A stretch of 64,000 nt of DNA, from assembly GCA_963678165.1 (NCBI GenBank), contig OY782755.1, forward strand, positions 3,227,996 through 3,291,995. Reading direction: 5' to 3'. The first letter of the stretch is position 1. Every line of letters starts with the position of its first letter. Source of the DNA: an uncultured Acetobacteroides sp. (GTDB lineage: Bacteria; Bacteroidota; Bacteroidia; Bacteroidales; ZOR0009). This document shows positions 8,468-18,519 of this stretch, in pieces. Position numbers and translations under genes: made by a program. The notes beneath the pieces are model-generated. The model saw only the letters and a program-made list of their open reading frames with translations, had not been told where the DNA came from and did no database searches.

Positions 8468-10288
8468 CTACTTAGCGGATAGCTTAAATACCGATCCCTC
8501 GATGAGTGAGAGCCAAAGGTCTCCAGCCTCATCAATGGTAAATGCGTTAACCGACGACATGCCAACCTTCTCGACCCAAATGAGCTTATGCGAGGCCGCA
8601 TCGACGGCAACCACCTCGCCCTTTCGGCTACCGAGGTAAATAATGCCCTTATGCTCCACAATGGGGCAAGGATTATGCTCGTAGCCAATGCCCGTGTCTA
8701 CGCTCCAAAGCAGCATAAACTTCTCGGCGCTGGGCTCTACGGCTATCAGCATTCCATCCATCGTTTTGGCGTAAATTGCCTTCCCATCAGCCGATGCCCC
8801 CATCGACTCGCGCACCTTATACTCGTTATTGCGCCATAGCTGCCTTCCCGTATTGGCTTCGAGCGCAGTCATAAACCGATCGGGAGCAACCAGGAACACC
8901 GTTTTGTCGGTAGCAAAGAGCTGCACGTTGCCCGGCGAAAGCAGATCGACCTTCTTGCCGTTATTCCACGACCACTTGGTTTGTCCCGTTTGCTTATCGA
9001 GGCAGTATAGGTTGGTATCCCAAGTTCCAAAGAGCACCTTATCGCCAACCACCAGCGGAGCCCCCTGCGAGTACGAGCGAGGAAGCGCGTTACGCCAAGC
9101 CACATGCCCATTTTTCACCTCCACCTTCAGAAACTCCTTCGACGATGCCACATAGGCAAACTTCCCCTCTAGGGTAGGCGTGCCCACCGCTATTCTATCC
9201 GTCTTCAGCTGCCATAACACCTTTCCGCTCTTCGCGTCCAGCCCGTACAGCAGCCCATTCACCGTGCCCAGCAGCACTACACCTTTATATATGGTAGGAT
9301 GTGAGTAAATCGAACCTTCCAGCTGCCGCGTCCAGGCAACTTTCCCGTCCTTTACGCCAATCCCCTTTACCTGACCCAGCGAGTTGGCCAGCACCAGCAG
9401 ATCATCAGCCCGCTCCACCCCGTTAAACACCGAGGCATCATCCTGGTAAAAGCGGGTGAGATGGCATAGGCTGTCTATCTTCACCTGCTCCTCCGACGAC
9501 TTAATGCCGGAGAGGTTGTTGCTAGCCAGCGACAGCGCAACTCTTCGCACTCGTTCCGCGCCAATCAGCTTTTCGTAGAAGAACAGCGAGTCCTGCCCTA
9601 CCTCCACCTCGTTGTAGCCAAAGGTCTTTCCGTCTCCCGAGGCATTAGCACGCCCCATGATGCCTGGAATACCGCTAAAATTCATCAGCTGCAGCTTATG
9701 CCCATGCCCACAAAAGGCTACGGCAGCCCGATTAGCCTTTAGCACCGAGGTCACCATGGAGAAGTTGCTAACGCTCTCGTCAAGCGGATAGTGCGCAAAG
9801 CTAATAACCTTCATTCCAGGCTTTAGTTTCTCGGCAATCTGCTGTTTAAGCCAAAGAATATCCTCGTACTTAACAAAGCCATCGCCCATCTTCATGTACG
9901 GACCGCAGGGAAAGCCAACGTATAGGAATCGATCATCTGTAAATGCGAAATGATCCTTTCCCCACAGCTCCGTGAACGTTTTACAACCGCTTTCGCTCCA
10001 GGTTGTTTCGTGGTTTCCAGAAATGATGTAGTAGGGTACTGTCAGCCCATCCAATATACTCTTAACGTTGCGCAGCTCCACGTCGCTCCCCTGGTTGCTC
10101 AGGTCGCCCGTAATAAAAACATAGCTGAACTTATCTTGGTTAATTTCCCTTACAATTAACCGAAGTGTGGAATCATTTGCATTACCCGGAACAACATGCA
10201 AGTCAGTGAGTAATGCAAAACGTACCGATTGCGCCTCAGCAGCAGCCAAGGCAAACAATAGCACTACAAACAAGGTTACTTTTCTCAT
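8468..10288 (-). CDS. Secreted calcineurin-like metallophosphoesterase fused to a PQQ-like beta-propeller domain
   Basis: Phosphoesterase motifs LTDLHV, GDLSNQG, GNHE and CGHGH are present. The C-terminal half carries repeated G-x-V-x-W propeller-like units. The start is placed at MRKVTLFVVLLFALAAAEAQ (signal peptide) rather than the upstream ATG at 10327. Confidence 0.85.
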   Translation of the reverse strand: MRKVTLFVVLLFALAAAEAQSVRFALLTDLHVVPGNANDSTLRLIVREINQDKFSYVFITGDLSNQGSDVELRNVKSILDGLTVPYYIISGNHETTWSESGCKTFTELWGKDHFAFTDDRFLYVGFPCGPYMKMGDGFVKYEDILWLKQQIAEKLKPGMKVISFAHYPLDESVSNFSMVTSVLKANRAAVAFCGHGHKLQLMNFSGIPGIMGRANASGDGKTFGYNEVEVGQDSLFFYEKLIGAERVRRVALSLASNNLSGIKSSEEQVKIDSLCHLTRFYQDDASVFNGVERADDLLVLANSLGQVKGIGVKDGKVAWTRQLEGSIYSHPTIYKGVVLLGTVNGLLYGLDAKSGKVLWQLKTDRIAVGTPTLEGKFAYVASSKEFLKVEVKNGHVAWRNALPRSYSQGAPLVVGDKVLFGTWDTNLYCLDKQTGQTKWSWNNGKKVDLLSPGNVQLFATDKTVFLVAPDRFMTALEANTGRQLWRNNEYKVRESMGASADGKAIYAKTMDGMLIAVEPSAEKFMLLWSVDTGIGYEHNPCPIVEHKGIIYLGSRKGEVVAVDAASHKLIWVEKVGMSSVNAFTIDEAGDLWLSLIEGSVFKLSAK

Positions 10289-10372
10289 AGTAAAACGATT
10301 AACTATTATGTTTAAAGGTGGAGGCAAATATAGCTAAATATATAGGGGCGAATCATCGCTTAGAATTTAAGT

Positions 10373-10380
10373 TATCTTTG
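10373..10380 (+). promoter_or_regulatory. Bacteroidota -7 box for the peptidoglycan-scavenging operon
   Basis: TATCTTTG is an exact TAnnTTTG match. It lies 19 nt before the ATG at 10399 and 121 nt before the ATG at 10501. Confidence 0.55.
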
Positions 10381-10500
10381 TTTTAGTCGATTTACGCCAT
10401 GCTCAACCCCGCAAACCCAAGGTCTTCTCGGTTGGCAGCAGCGCAAAACGACCTTCACAAAAAACCAAGAGTAGAAGCAACAATTAAAACACAAATAACA

Positions 10501-11961
10501 ATGAATAAAAGACTTAACTGCTTTATTCCTGCCGCCGATCTTGCACAGGTAGAGAGCACTGTAAAAGCCCTTAAGGCATCCGAACTCGTAAAACAGGTAT
10601 ACCTTCTCGTTACCGAGCAGGCTAACTTCGATGCGCTGGGATGCCCAACCATACAGGTCGACTCGCTGGTATCCAGCAATACCGTAAAGGCAATTGCCGC
10701 CCATGCCGACACCGACTACTCGCTAATCTACACCAAGTACACCACCCTCGAACTGGGCTACTTCGCCCTCGAGCGCTTCCTCTTCCTTGCCGACAGCTCG
10801 GAAGCAGCCCTAACATATGCTGACCACTACAAAGTTGTAGACGGCACTCGTAAAGCGAATCCGCTTATCGCATGCCAAGATGGTAGCCTTCGTGACGATT
10901 TCGATTTTGGCTCCGTTCTCATCTACAACAGCCAAATTCTTAAGCAAGCGGTAGCATCTTCGACCGAAGACTACCCATTTGCAGGAATGTACAACCTACG
11001 TCTTGCAGCGTCGTGCCTTGGTTCTATCCAGCACATCAACGAGTACCTATACACTGAGGTGGAAAATGATACGCGCAAATCTGGCCAAAAGATTTTCGAC
11101 TACGTCGATCCAAAAAACAGAGGCGTACAAATCGATATGGAAAAGGCTTGCACAGCCCATCTTAAAAAAGTTGGCGCTTACCTCGAACCTATCTTCACCC
11201 CTATCCAATTTGATGCTGTAAACTTCCCCGCCGAAGCTTCGGTTATCATTCCCGTATTCAACCGCATTAGAACCATTAAGGATGCAATCAAGTCTGTCCT
11301 AATTCAAAAGACAAACTTCAAGTTCAACCTTATTATTATAGACAACCACTCCACCGACGGCACCACCGAGGCCATTAGGGAGTTCAACGACCCACGTCTA
11401 ATCCACATCACCCCCGAAAGAAAAGACCTAGGTATTGGTGGATGCTGGAACGCAGGGGTTCACCATCCCGAATGCGGTAAGTTTGCCGTTCAACTCGATA
11501 GCGACGATGTTTACTCATCGGAGAATACGCTACAAACCATGGTTAACGCCTTCTACGAGCAGAATTGTTCGATGGTAGTTGGCACCTACAAGATGACCAA
11601 CTTCGATATGGAGATGATTGCCCCTGGTATCATCGACCACAAGGAGTGGACACCCGAAAACGGACGCAATAACGCGCTTCGCATCAACGGTCTTGGAGCG
11701 CCCCGTGCCTTCTACACCCCAATGCTTCGCGAAATTAAGGTTCCAAATACCAGCTACGGCGAAGATTATGCCCTTGGCCTCTACTTCTCGCGCCATTTCC
11801 AAATTGGCCGCGTTTACGATGTTGTGTACAACTGCCGTCGTTGGGACGACAACTCCGATGCATCGCTAGATGTAGTGAAGATGAACGGGCACAACCTATA
11901 TAAAGATCGTATCCGTACCTGGGAACTTCAGGCACGCAAGCAGCTAAACAAGAAGAAGTAG
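10501..11961 (+). CDS. Family 2 glycosyltransferase with an uncharacterised N-terminal domain of about 250 aa
   Basis: GT2 signatures are present: SVIIPVFNRIRTIKDAIKSVL...IIIDNHSTDGT, and QLDSDD as the DXD motif. An alternative start exists at 10399. Confidence 0.85.
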   Translation: MNKRLNCFIPAADLAQVESTVKALKASELVKQVYLLVTEQANFDALGCPTIQVDSLVSSNTVKAIAAHADTDYSLIYTKYTTLELGYFALERFLFLADSSEAALTYADHYKVVDGTRKANPLIACQDGSLRDDFDFGSVLIYNSQILKQAVASSTEDYPFAGMYNLRLAASCLGSIQHINEYLYTEVENDTRKSGQKIFDYVDPKNRGVQIDMEKACTAHLKKVGAYLEPIFTPIQFDAVNFPAEASVIIPVFNRIRTIKDAIKSVLIQKTNFKFNLIIIDNHSTDGTTEAIREFNDPRLIHITPERKDLGIGGCWNAGVHHPECGKFAVQLDSDDVYSSENTLQTMVNAFYEQNCSMVVGTYKMTNFDMEMIAPGIIDHKEWTPENGRNNALRINGLGAPRAFYTPMLREIKVPNTSYGEDYALGLYFSRHFQIGRVYDVVYNCRRWDDNSDASLDVVKMNGHNLYKDRIRTWELQARKQLNKKK

Positions 11962-11963
11962 GA

Positions 11964-12890
11964 ATGAATAGTGCTGTAAACACACTTTTAAAAGAGCAAT
12001 GCGTAGAATGGCAGCAATGCGGCGAAAACTACGCAGCTCTCGAAACTGTTGAGGTTCGCAATACCCAAATCGAAGGATATAGCTTCAAGGTTCAGTTCAA
12101 CCCCAAGCGAATTCAGTCGTCGGCTGCCAAGGTCGACCCCAAGAGCATCAAGGAGCGCAAGTGCTTTCTCTGCGAAGCCAATCGTCCTGCTGTACAGCGG
12201 GGCATCCCTTTCGCAGCCAAGTCGGGGAATGCCTATACCATACTGGTAAACCCATTCCCCATCTTCAAGAAGCACCTTACCATTCCTGCCGTTGACCATA
12301 TCGATCAGCGAATAGATGGTAAAATTGCTGACATGCTCGAGCTTGCAGGTTGCTTAACCGACTACCTCATATTCTACAACGGTCCCAAATGCGGAGCTTC
12401 TGCCCCCGACCACTTCCATTTTCAGGCTGGGAACAAGGGATTCCTTCCCATAGAGATGGATATCGAGGCAATCCTAAGTTCGCAGGCAAAACAGGTTGCC
12501 CCTGATGTTTACGTGCTAAACAATGCCGCTGCGCACACCATTGTATGCAAATCGGCTAGCATCAATACCATCATTTGCTGGTTTAACCAGTTCTACTCCA
12601 AGTTTAGGCAGATAACCAACTCGGAAGAAGAACCAATGCTGAACCTGCTTGCCTGGGTGAACAACGGTCATTACCACCTTGTGGTATACCCTCGCAAAAC
12701 GCATCGCCCAAGCCAATTCTTTGCAGAAGGAGATGCCAACATCCTGATTAGCCCTGCCTCAATTGACTTGGGTGGCATCTTTATAACGCCGCTCGAGAAA
12801 GATTTTAGCAAGCTTACGGAGACCGATATTAAGGATATCCTTCAGCAGATAACGGTTACCCCCGATGTTTTTAATAAGCTAATTCAATGA
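11964..12890 (+). CDS. DUF4922-like protein with a HIT/GalT-type H-x-H-x-Q motif (putative nucleotidyl-transferase or phosphorylase)
   Basis: 308 aa. The motif APDHFHFQAG is characteristic of ATP adenylyltransferase / GDP-hexose phosphorylase-type HIT enzymes. The gene starts 2 nt after the GT2 stop and overlaps the next gene by 4 nt (ATGA). Confidence 0.7.
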   Translation: MNSAVNTLLKEQCVEWQQCGENYAALETVEVRNTQIEGYSFKVQFNPKRIQSSAAKVDPKSIKERKCFLCEANRPAVQRGIPFAAKSGNAYTILVNPFPIFKKHLTIPAVDHIDQRIDGKIADMLELAGCLTDYLIFYNGPKCGASAPDHFHFQAGNKGFLPIEMDIEAILSSQAKQVAPDVYVLNNAAAHTIVCKSASINTIICWFNQFYSKFRQITNSEEEPMLNLLAWVNNGHYHLVVYPRKTHRPSQFFAEGDANILISPASIDLGGIFITPLEKDFSKLTETDIKDILQQITVTPDVFNKLIQ

Positions 12891-14182
12891 AAAGTCCCGA
12901 GATAACTGTCGGAATAATGTTTCAACCCTCCATCGAGTTCGTTCTCGATGGAGTGTTTACGTTTAATGGCAAGGAGTACAGCGGTTCGCACAGAGTCGAG
13001 TATCACAAGGGAAAGATATCCTTCGACGAGCAACTTTACGACAAGTTCTCCTTCGAAGGCTCCAACCCCAAGTCTACTTTTCTCCTAAAGGATGTTGTTA
13101 TTGGCATAGGCTTCCACTGGGAGCGCAAGGAGGATCAACGCTTTGAAGGGAACCTCGACTTTATTATTGAGGATGAGAAGCTAACCGCCATCAACCGCAT
13201 ATCCATAGAGAGGTATCTTGTAAGCGTAATTTCGTCGGAGATGAGCGCCACCAGCTCGCTGGAGCTGCTCAAAGCTCATGCCGTTATTTCGCGCAGCTGG
13301 ATGCTTTCTCAAATCCAAAAGCGCACAGCGCTCGAGAGCTCTGCGAAATCCTACATCAGCGATATCCGTACCAACGAGGAGTGGACCAAGTGGTGGGATC
13401 GCGAAGACCATACCAACTTCGACGTGTGCGCCGACGACCACTGCCAGCGCTATCAGGGAATCACACGTGCCAGCCAATCGCTCGACATGGTAGAAAAGGC
13501 AATCGACCAAACCTTCGGCGAAATGCTCATGAACGGTGAGCTAATCTGCGATGCCCGCTTCTCCAAATGCTGCGGCGGAGCCGTCGAAGAGTTCCAAAAT
13601 TGCTGGGAACCAGAAAAGCATCCGTACCTAGTTAAGCTCTACGATAATGCAGAAGGTCAGCTCCCCGATTTAACCACCGAGGAGAATGCCGACAAATGGA
13701 TTCGTAGTGAACCTGACGCATTCTGTAATACAAAAGATGCAACAGTGCTATCGCAGGTGCTTAACAACTACGATCAGGAAACCACCAATTTCTACCGATG
13801 GAAGGTTGATTTCGATGCACTAGAGATGAGTTCGCTGGTAAATCGCCGCATCGGCATCGACTTTGGTACCATTACAGATCTAGTACCTGTCGAACGAGGA
13901 ACTTCGGGTCGCCTTACACGACTAAAGGTTGTTGGAACAAAGCAGACGCTAATACTTGGCAAGGAACTGCTCATCCGAAAGGCATTCTCCGAATCGCATC
14001 TCTACAGCTCAGCCTTCGTTATCGATAAAACCGAAAAGGGCTTCACCTTCACAGGAGCAGGCTGGGGACATGGCGTTGGCTTATGCCAAATTGGTGCTGC
14101 CGTTATGGCGCATAAAGGTTATGCCTACAAGGCAATCCTAAACCATTACTTCCCATCAGCCTCCATCGAAAAAAAATACTAA
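12887..14182 (+). CDS. SpoIID/LytB-domain protein (lytic transglycosylase / amidase enhancer family)
   Basis: Motifs HCQRYQG, KCCGG and WGHGVGLCQIGA are typical of the SpoIID family. Confidence 0.85.
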   Translation: MKSPEITVGIMFQPSIEFVLDGVFTFNGKEYSGSHRVEYHKGKISFDEQLYDKFSFEGSNPKSTFLLKDVVIGIGFHWERKEDQRFEGNLDFIIEDEKLTAINRISIERYLVSVISSEMSATSSLELLKAHAVISRSWMLSQIQKRTALESSAKSYISDIRTNEEWTKWWDREDHTNFDVCADDHCQRYQGITRASQSLDMVEKAIDQTFGEMLMNGELICDARFSKCCGGAVEEFQNCWEPEKHPYLVKLYDNAEGQLPDLTTEENADKWIRSEPDAFCNTKDATVLSQVLNNYDQETTNFYRWKVDFDALEMSSLVNRRIGIDFGTITDLVPVERGTSGRLTRLKVVGTKQTLILGKELLIRKAFSESHLYSSAFVIDKTEKGFTFTGAGWGHGVGLCQIGAAVMAHKGYAYKAILNHYFPSASIEKKY

Positions 14183-14222
14183 TTACTGGCAGGTAATACC
14201 GGCCTAACCTTTTTAGAAGACT

Positions 14223-16100
14223 ATGAATCAAACCCAAAAAAGCAAGAATCACTGGTCGTGGATCCCCTCGCTTTACTTTGCGCAGGGCATTCCATACGTA
14301 GCGGTAATGACCGTTGCTGTGATTATGTTTAAGCGAATGGGGTTATCAAACACTGATATCGCACTATACACAAGTTGGCTTTATCTCCCATGGGTTATAA
14401 AGCCTTTATGGAGCCCCTTTATCGATTTATTAAAGACGAAGAGGTTGTGGATCGTTTCCATGCAGCTGCTCATCGGAGCAGGATTTGCGGGCATTGCGTT
14501 TAGCATTCCCACCTCATTCTACCTCCAAGCATCGTTAGCATTTTTCTGGCTAGTAGCATTCAGTTCAGCCACCCACGACATTGCTGCCGATGGCTTCTAC
14601 ATGATTGCGCTAGACGAGCACGAGCAATCGCTCTTTGTTGGTATCCGTAGCACATTCTACCGCATTGCCATGATTGCCGGACAGGGTGTTCTTATCTGGA
14701 TTGCTGGTGCATTAGAGGTTTCAACCGGAATGAAACCTGTTGACATCAACATTCAAGGAAAAACCGAACAGGTTGCAGCATCTTCTGCTTCAAAAGATAC
14801 GCTGCTAGGACAATCGCTTCCAGGCGAAATCCATTTCTACACCGCAGCCGCAGAGCATGCTATGCAAATTGGAACAATTCCATCCGATAGCGCCCAGAAA
14901 ATGATCGCCTTTGCCCGCGATTACAACCTCCGAAATGGATTCTCAACCGATACCGAGAGCAAAAAAGCCGAAGTTGCCAAATCGCAAAACAGCTCGGTTT
15001 GGTCTACATACGTTTCCGAACCGCTTGGCAACTATCTTAAAAAGCATTTTGGCGAGAATGTACGCGCCAAAAAGGCTAAGGTATCGAGCACCGCTGGTAA
15101 TGTAACAATAGTTGCTGTACGCCTTTCGCAAAAGCCTGAGAACGGAAGAGATGTTGTCCTAAACACCTCGCTAGACTTTGGCGATAAGAGCTTCACGCTA
15201 GTTCAGGGTGAACGTTTGGTGTTTAAAGGGGAGAACTGGAACAAACCAGCATTCGTAGCCGTACAGGTTAACCCCAATCTAACAAAAGCAAGCTCAGCAA
15301 CATTCTCTGGCGTGTCAGGAAACATTCCAAGAGCATGGTCGCTAACCTTCTTTATTCTAGCAGCGCTATTCGGAAGCATCTTTGTTTATCACAGAATTGT
15401 ACTCCCCCGCCCTGACGACGATCGTCCTTCAAAAGACGTTACGGCAGGCAATATTATGAGGGAATTCCTCAATACCTTTAGCACATTCTTCCAAAAACCA
15501 GGAATCAAAACCACGCTATTCTTCCTTCTTACCTATCGCTTTGCCGAATCGCAGCTGGTTAAGCTGGCATCGCCATTTATGCTGGATGCAAAAGAGATGG
15601 GCGGTTTAGGATTAACCACCAGCCAGGTAGGTTTATTCTATGGAACAATTGGCGTTATTTCCCTTACAATAGGTGGAATCCTAGGTGGTATTGCAGCCTC
15701 GAAGAAAGGGCTAAAGTTCTGGTTATGGCCAATGACGCTGTCGATAACCATACCCAACTTATGCTATGTTTTCCTATCGCAGGTTCAACCCGACAACTAC
15801 TTCCTTATCGGTATTACGGTTGCTGTAGAACAGCTCGGCTACGGATTTGGATTCACAGCCTATACGCTTTATATGATATACGTTGCCGTTGGCGAGCATA
15901 AAACGGCTCACTACGCAATATGCACTGCATTTATGGCTCTTGGCATGATGCTCCCAGGCATGGTTGCAGGATGGGTAGAAGACCTTCTAGGCTACAAGCA
16001 CTTCTTCATCTACGTTTTCTGCTGCACGATACTCGTGTACCTTGCAAGTTCAATGCTTAAGATTGATCCTACATTTGGAGTAAAAAAGAATAAGAATTAA
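14223..16100 (+). CDS. ampG: AmpG-family MFS muropeptide permease with a hydrophilic insertion of about 200 aa
   Basis: The N-terminus SLYFAQGIPYV and the arrangement of multiple TM helices are AmpG-like. Residues about 167-370 are hydrophilic, so the protein is 625 aa rather than the 420-490 aa I recall as usual. Confidence 0.8.
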   Translation: MNQTQKSKNHWSWIPSLYFAQGIPYVAVMTVAVIMFKRMGLSNTDIALYTSWLYLPWVIKPLWSPFIDLLKTKRLWIVSMQLLIGAGFAGIAFSIPTSFYLQASLAFFWLVAFSSATHDIAADGFYMIALDEHEQSLFVGIRSTFYRIAMIAGQGVLIWIAGALEVSTGMKPVDINIQGKTEQVAASSASKDTLLGQSLPGEIHFYTAAAEHAMQIGTIPSDSAQKMIAFARDYNLRNGFSTDTESKKAEVAKSQNSSVWSTYVSEPLGNYLKKHFGENVRAKKAKVSSTAGNVTIVAVRLSQKPENGRDVVLNTSLDFGDKSFTLVQGERLVFKGENWNKPAFVAVQVNPNLTKASSATFSGVSGNIPRAWSLTFFILAALFGSIFVYHRIVLPRPDDDRPSKDVTAGNIMREFLNTFSTFFQKPGIKTTLFFLLTYRFAESQLVKLASPFMLDAKEMGGLGLTTSQVGLFYGTIGVISLTIGGILGGIAASKKGLKFWLWPMTLSITIPNLCYVFLSQVQPDNYFLIGITVAVEQLGYGFGFTAYTLYMIYVAVGEHKTAHYAICTAFMALGMMLPGMVAGWVEDLLGYKHFFIYVFCCTILVYLASSMLKIDPTFGVKKNKN

Positions 16101-16102
16101 CA

Positions 16103-17341
16103 ATGAAACTCAAGTATCTTATTGCACTATCACTATTCATGACCCTCTGCTTTTCTAAGGCAGAGGCTAGTCGTGAAGTGAAGTGTGGAATTGACGTCCT
16201 CAAAGAAAATGGGTTTAAGGAGCTACAGGGTAAGCGAATTGCCCTGATAACTAACCCTACAGGTATTGACAGATCGTATAAAAGCACGATCGATATCCTT
16301 AACGGAGCACCAGGCGTAAAGCTCGTTGCCCTATTCTCGCCCGAGCACGGTGTGCGTGGCGATGTTTACGCTGGCGATAAGGTTGAAACTTACGTCGATC
16401 CTAAGACTGGCGTAACCGTCTACTCGATTTACGGCAAGAGCCAACGCCCTACCAAGGAGATGCTTGATGGAGTTGACGCCATTGTGTACGACATACAGGA
16501 TATTGGAAGCCGCTCGTATACTTTCATCAGCACCATGGGCATTGTAATGGAGGAAGCGGCTAAGTATGGAAAAGAATTCATCGTGCTCGACCGCCCTAAC
16601 CCTGTTGGAGGCGAAAAAGTTGAAGGCTGCCTTGTTGAGGATGGCTTCTACTCGTTCGTAAGCCAGTTTCATATCCCATACGTTTATGGCTTAACCCCAG
16701 GCGAGGTTGCCCTAATGCTTAACGGAGAAGGAATGATCAAGGGCAAATGCAAGCTTACCGTTATTCCTATGAAGGGATGGAAGCGTTCCATGACCTACGC
16801 TCAAACTGGGCTCGACTGGGTTGCCCCATCGCCCCACATTCCTAATGCCAATGCGGCGCTATACTATGCAACAACGGGTATTCTTGGCGAACTTGGGGTT
16901 GTATCAATTGGCGTTGGCTATACCCTGCCCTTCCAAATTGTTGCTACCGATTCTATCTCGGCAAATCAGCTAGCCGATAGCCTCAATGCGCTTAAGCTCG
17001 AAGGCGTTCACTTCCGCCCAATATTCTGCAAACCTTTCTATAGCGTTGGCAAGGGGGTAAACTACCAAGGGGTACAGATTCACATCACCAATCCTAAGAC
17101 GGTTGTCCTTTCGGATATCCAGTTTTGGATTATGCAGGAGATGTACAAGCAAAATCCCAAGATCGACTTCTTTAAGCGCTGCGAAAAGGATCGCTTAACC
17201 ATGTGGAATAAGGTTTCGGGAACCGACTACGTCCTAAAGGAGTTCGGCAACGGATATAGCTTCGCCAAGATTAAAGACTACTGGCACAAAGACGACAAGT
17301 CGTTCAAGGAAAAATCGAAGAAGTACTACTTATATAAATAG
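16103..17341 (+). CDS. namZ: DUF1343 / NamZ-family exo-beta-N-acetylmuramidase
   Basis: 412 aa with a signal peptide. CGIDVLKENGFKELQGKRIALITNPTGID is typical of DUF1343. The gene sits between ampG and the MurNAc salvage genes. Confidence 0.85.
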   Translation: MKLKYLIALSLFMTLCFSKAEASREVKCGIDVLKENGFKELQGKRIALITNPTGIDRSYKSTIDILNGAPGVKLVALFSPEHGVRGDVYAGDKVETYVDPKTGVTVYSIYGKSQRPTKEMLDGVDAIVYDIQDIGSRSYTFISTMGIVMEEAAKYGKEFIVLDRPNPVGGEKVEGCLVEDGFYSFVSQFHIPYVYGLTPGEVALMLNGEGMIKGKCKLTVIPMKGWKRSMTYAQTGLDWVAPSPHIPNANAALYYATTGILGELGVVSIGVGYTLPFQIVATDSISANQLADSLNALKLEGVHFRPIFCKPFYSVGKGVNYQGVQIHITNPKTVVLSDIQFWIMQEMYKQNPKIDFFKRCEKDRLTMWNKVSGTDYVLKEFGNGYSFAKIKDYWHKDDKSFKEKSKKYYLYK

Positions 17342-17343
17342 CC

Positions 17344-18519
17344 ATGGATACACCTCTAAACCCATCATCAAAAAGGTTACTATCGCTTGATGTACTTCGC
17401 GGTATAACCATCTCCGGGATGCTTCTGGTAAACAATCCAGGCTCGTGGGGGCACATTTACACCCCACTAGAGCATGCTCCTTGGCATGGACTTACGCCAA
17501 CCGACTTGGTATTCCCATTCTTCATGTTCATCATGGGCGTATCGATGTACATCTCGTTAAGCAAGTTCAACTTTGCGTTTTCGCCAGACTACTTTAAGAA
17601 GCTGGCAAAGCGCAGCGTCCTCATCTTCCTTGTTGGTACGGCAATTGGCTGGTTTTCGTTAATGTGCCACGGCACCTTCGACATCAGCACCAACCAACCC
17701 TTCTGGGAGCGCTTTACCTCATCCGTTTTCCCATTCGACAAGATCAGAATACTTGGCGTAATGCAACGGCTGGCGCTAAGCTCGTTCTTTGCATCGCTGC
17801 TGGTTGTTTTTATCCCCTCTAGGCATTGGCTGAAGGCGGCTGCCGCCATTCTTGTTGGCTACTACCTCATCCTGCTATTCGGCGATGGATTCGAGCTAAC
17901 CCCCAACAACATCATCATCCGCGTAGATACGGCACTCTTTGGCGAGGCGCACATCTACCACGGCGAAAGCATTCCGTTCGACCCAGAAGGGCTGCTAAGC
18001 ACCATCCCTTGCCTTGCCCACGTAATCCTTGGCGTGTACTGCGGTAAGCTGATAAAGACTACAACCGACTTAACCGAAAAGATCAGCAAGATCTTCATCT
18101 TTGGAACAATCCTCCTCTTTGCCGGATTGCTGCTTAGCTACGGCATTCCGCTCAACAAGAAAATCTGGACTCCAACATTTGTATTAACAACCTGCGGGTT
18201 GGCATCGCTGCTGTTGGCCTTGCTTGCTTGGATTATCGACGTTAAGGGGAAGAAAAAATGGAGCGTTTTCTTCGAGTCGTTTGGTATTAACCCGCTCTTC
18301 CTTTACGTTTTGGGAGGGGTGCTCTCCATCCTAATGGGCAGCATCAGCTTTATGTACAACGATGCGCCGGTAAGCATTAAGGGATTTATCTACAACGGGC
18401 TTGTGAGCACCTTTGTCGATGAGACCTTTGCCTCGCTAATCTTTGCGCTGTTCTTCATCTTCATTTGCTGGATGATTGGGCATCAGCTTTACAAACGAAA
18501 AATTTACATCAAGCTATGA
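17344..18519 (+). CDS. DUF5009 / HGSNAT-like polytopic membrane protein (MurT-like putative MurNAc transporter or acyltransferase)
   Basis: The N-terminus LSLDVLRGITISGMLLVNNPGSW and about 10-11 TM helices fit the family. Its position directly upstream of the kinase and etherase matches, from memory, the Tannerella forsythia murT-murK-murQ order. Confidence 0.75.
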   Translation: MDTPLNPSSKRLLSLDVLRGITISGMLLVNNPGSWGHIYTPLEHAPWHGLTPTDLVFPFFMFIMGVSMYISLSKFNFAFSPDYFKKLAKRSVLIFLVGTAIGWFSLMCHGTFDISTNQPFWERFTSSVFPFDKIRILGVMQRLALSSFFASLLVVFIPSRHWLKAAAAILVGYYLILLFGDGFELTPNNIIIRVDTALFGEAHIYHGESIPFDPEGLLSTIPCLAHVILGVYCGKLIKTTTDLTEKISKIFIFGTILLFAGLLLSYGIPLNKKIWTPTFVLTTCGLASLLLALLAWIIDVKGKKKWSVFFESFGINPLFLYVLGGVLSILMGSISFMYNDAPVSIKGFIYNGLVSTFVDETFASLIFALFFIFICWMIGHQLYKRKIYIKL

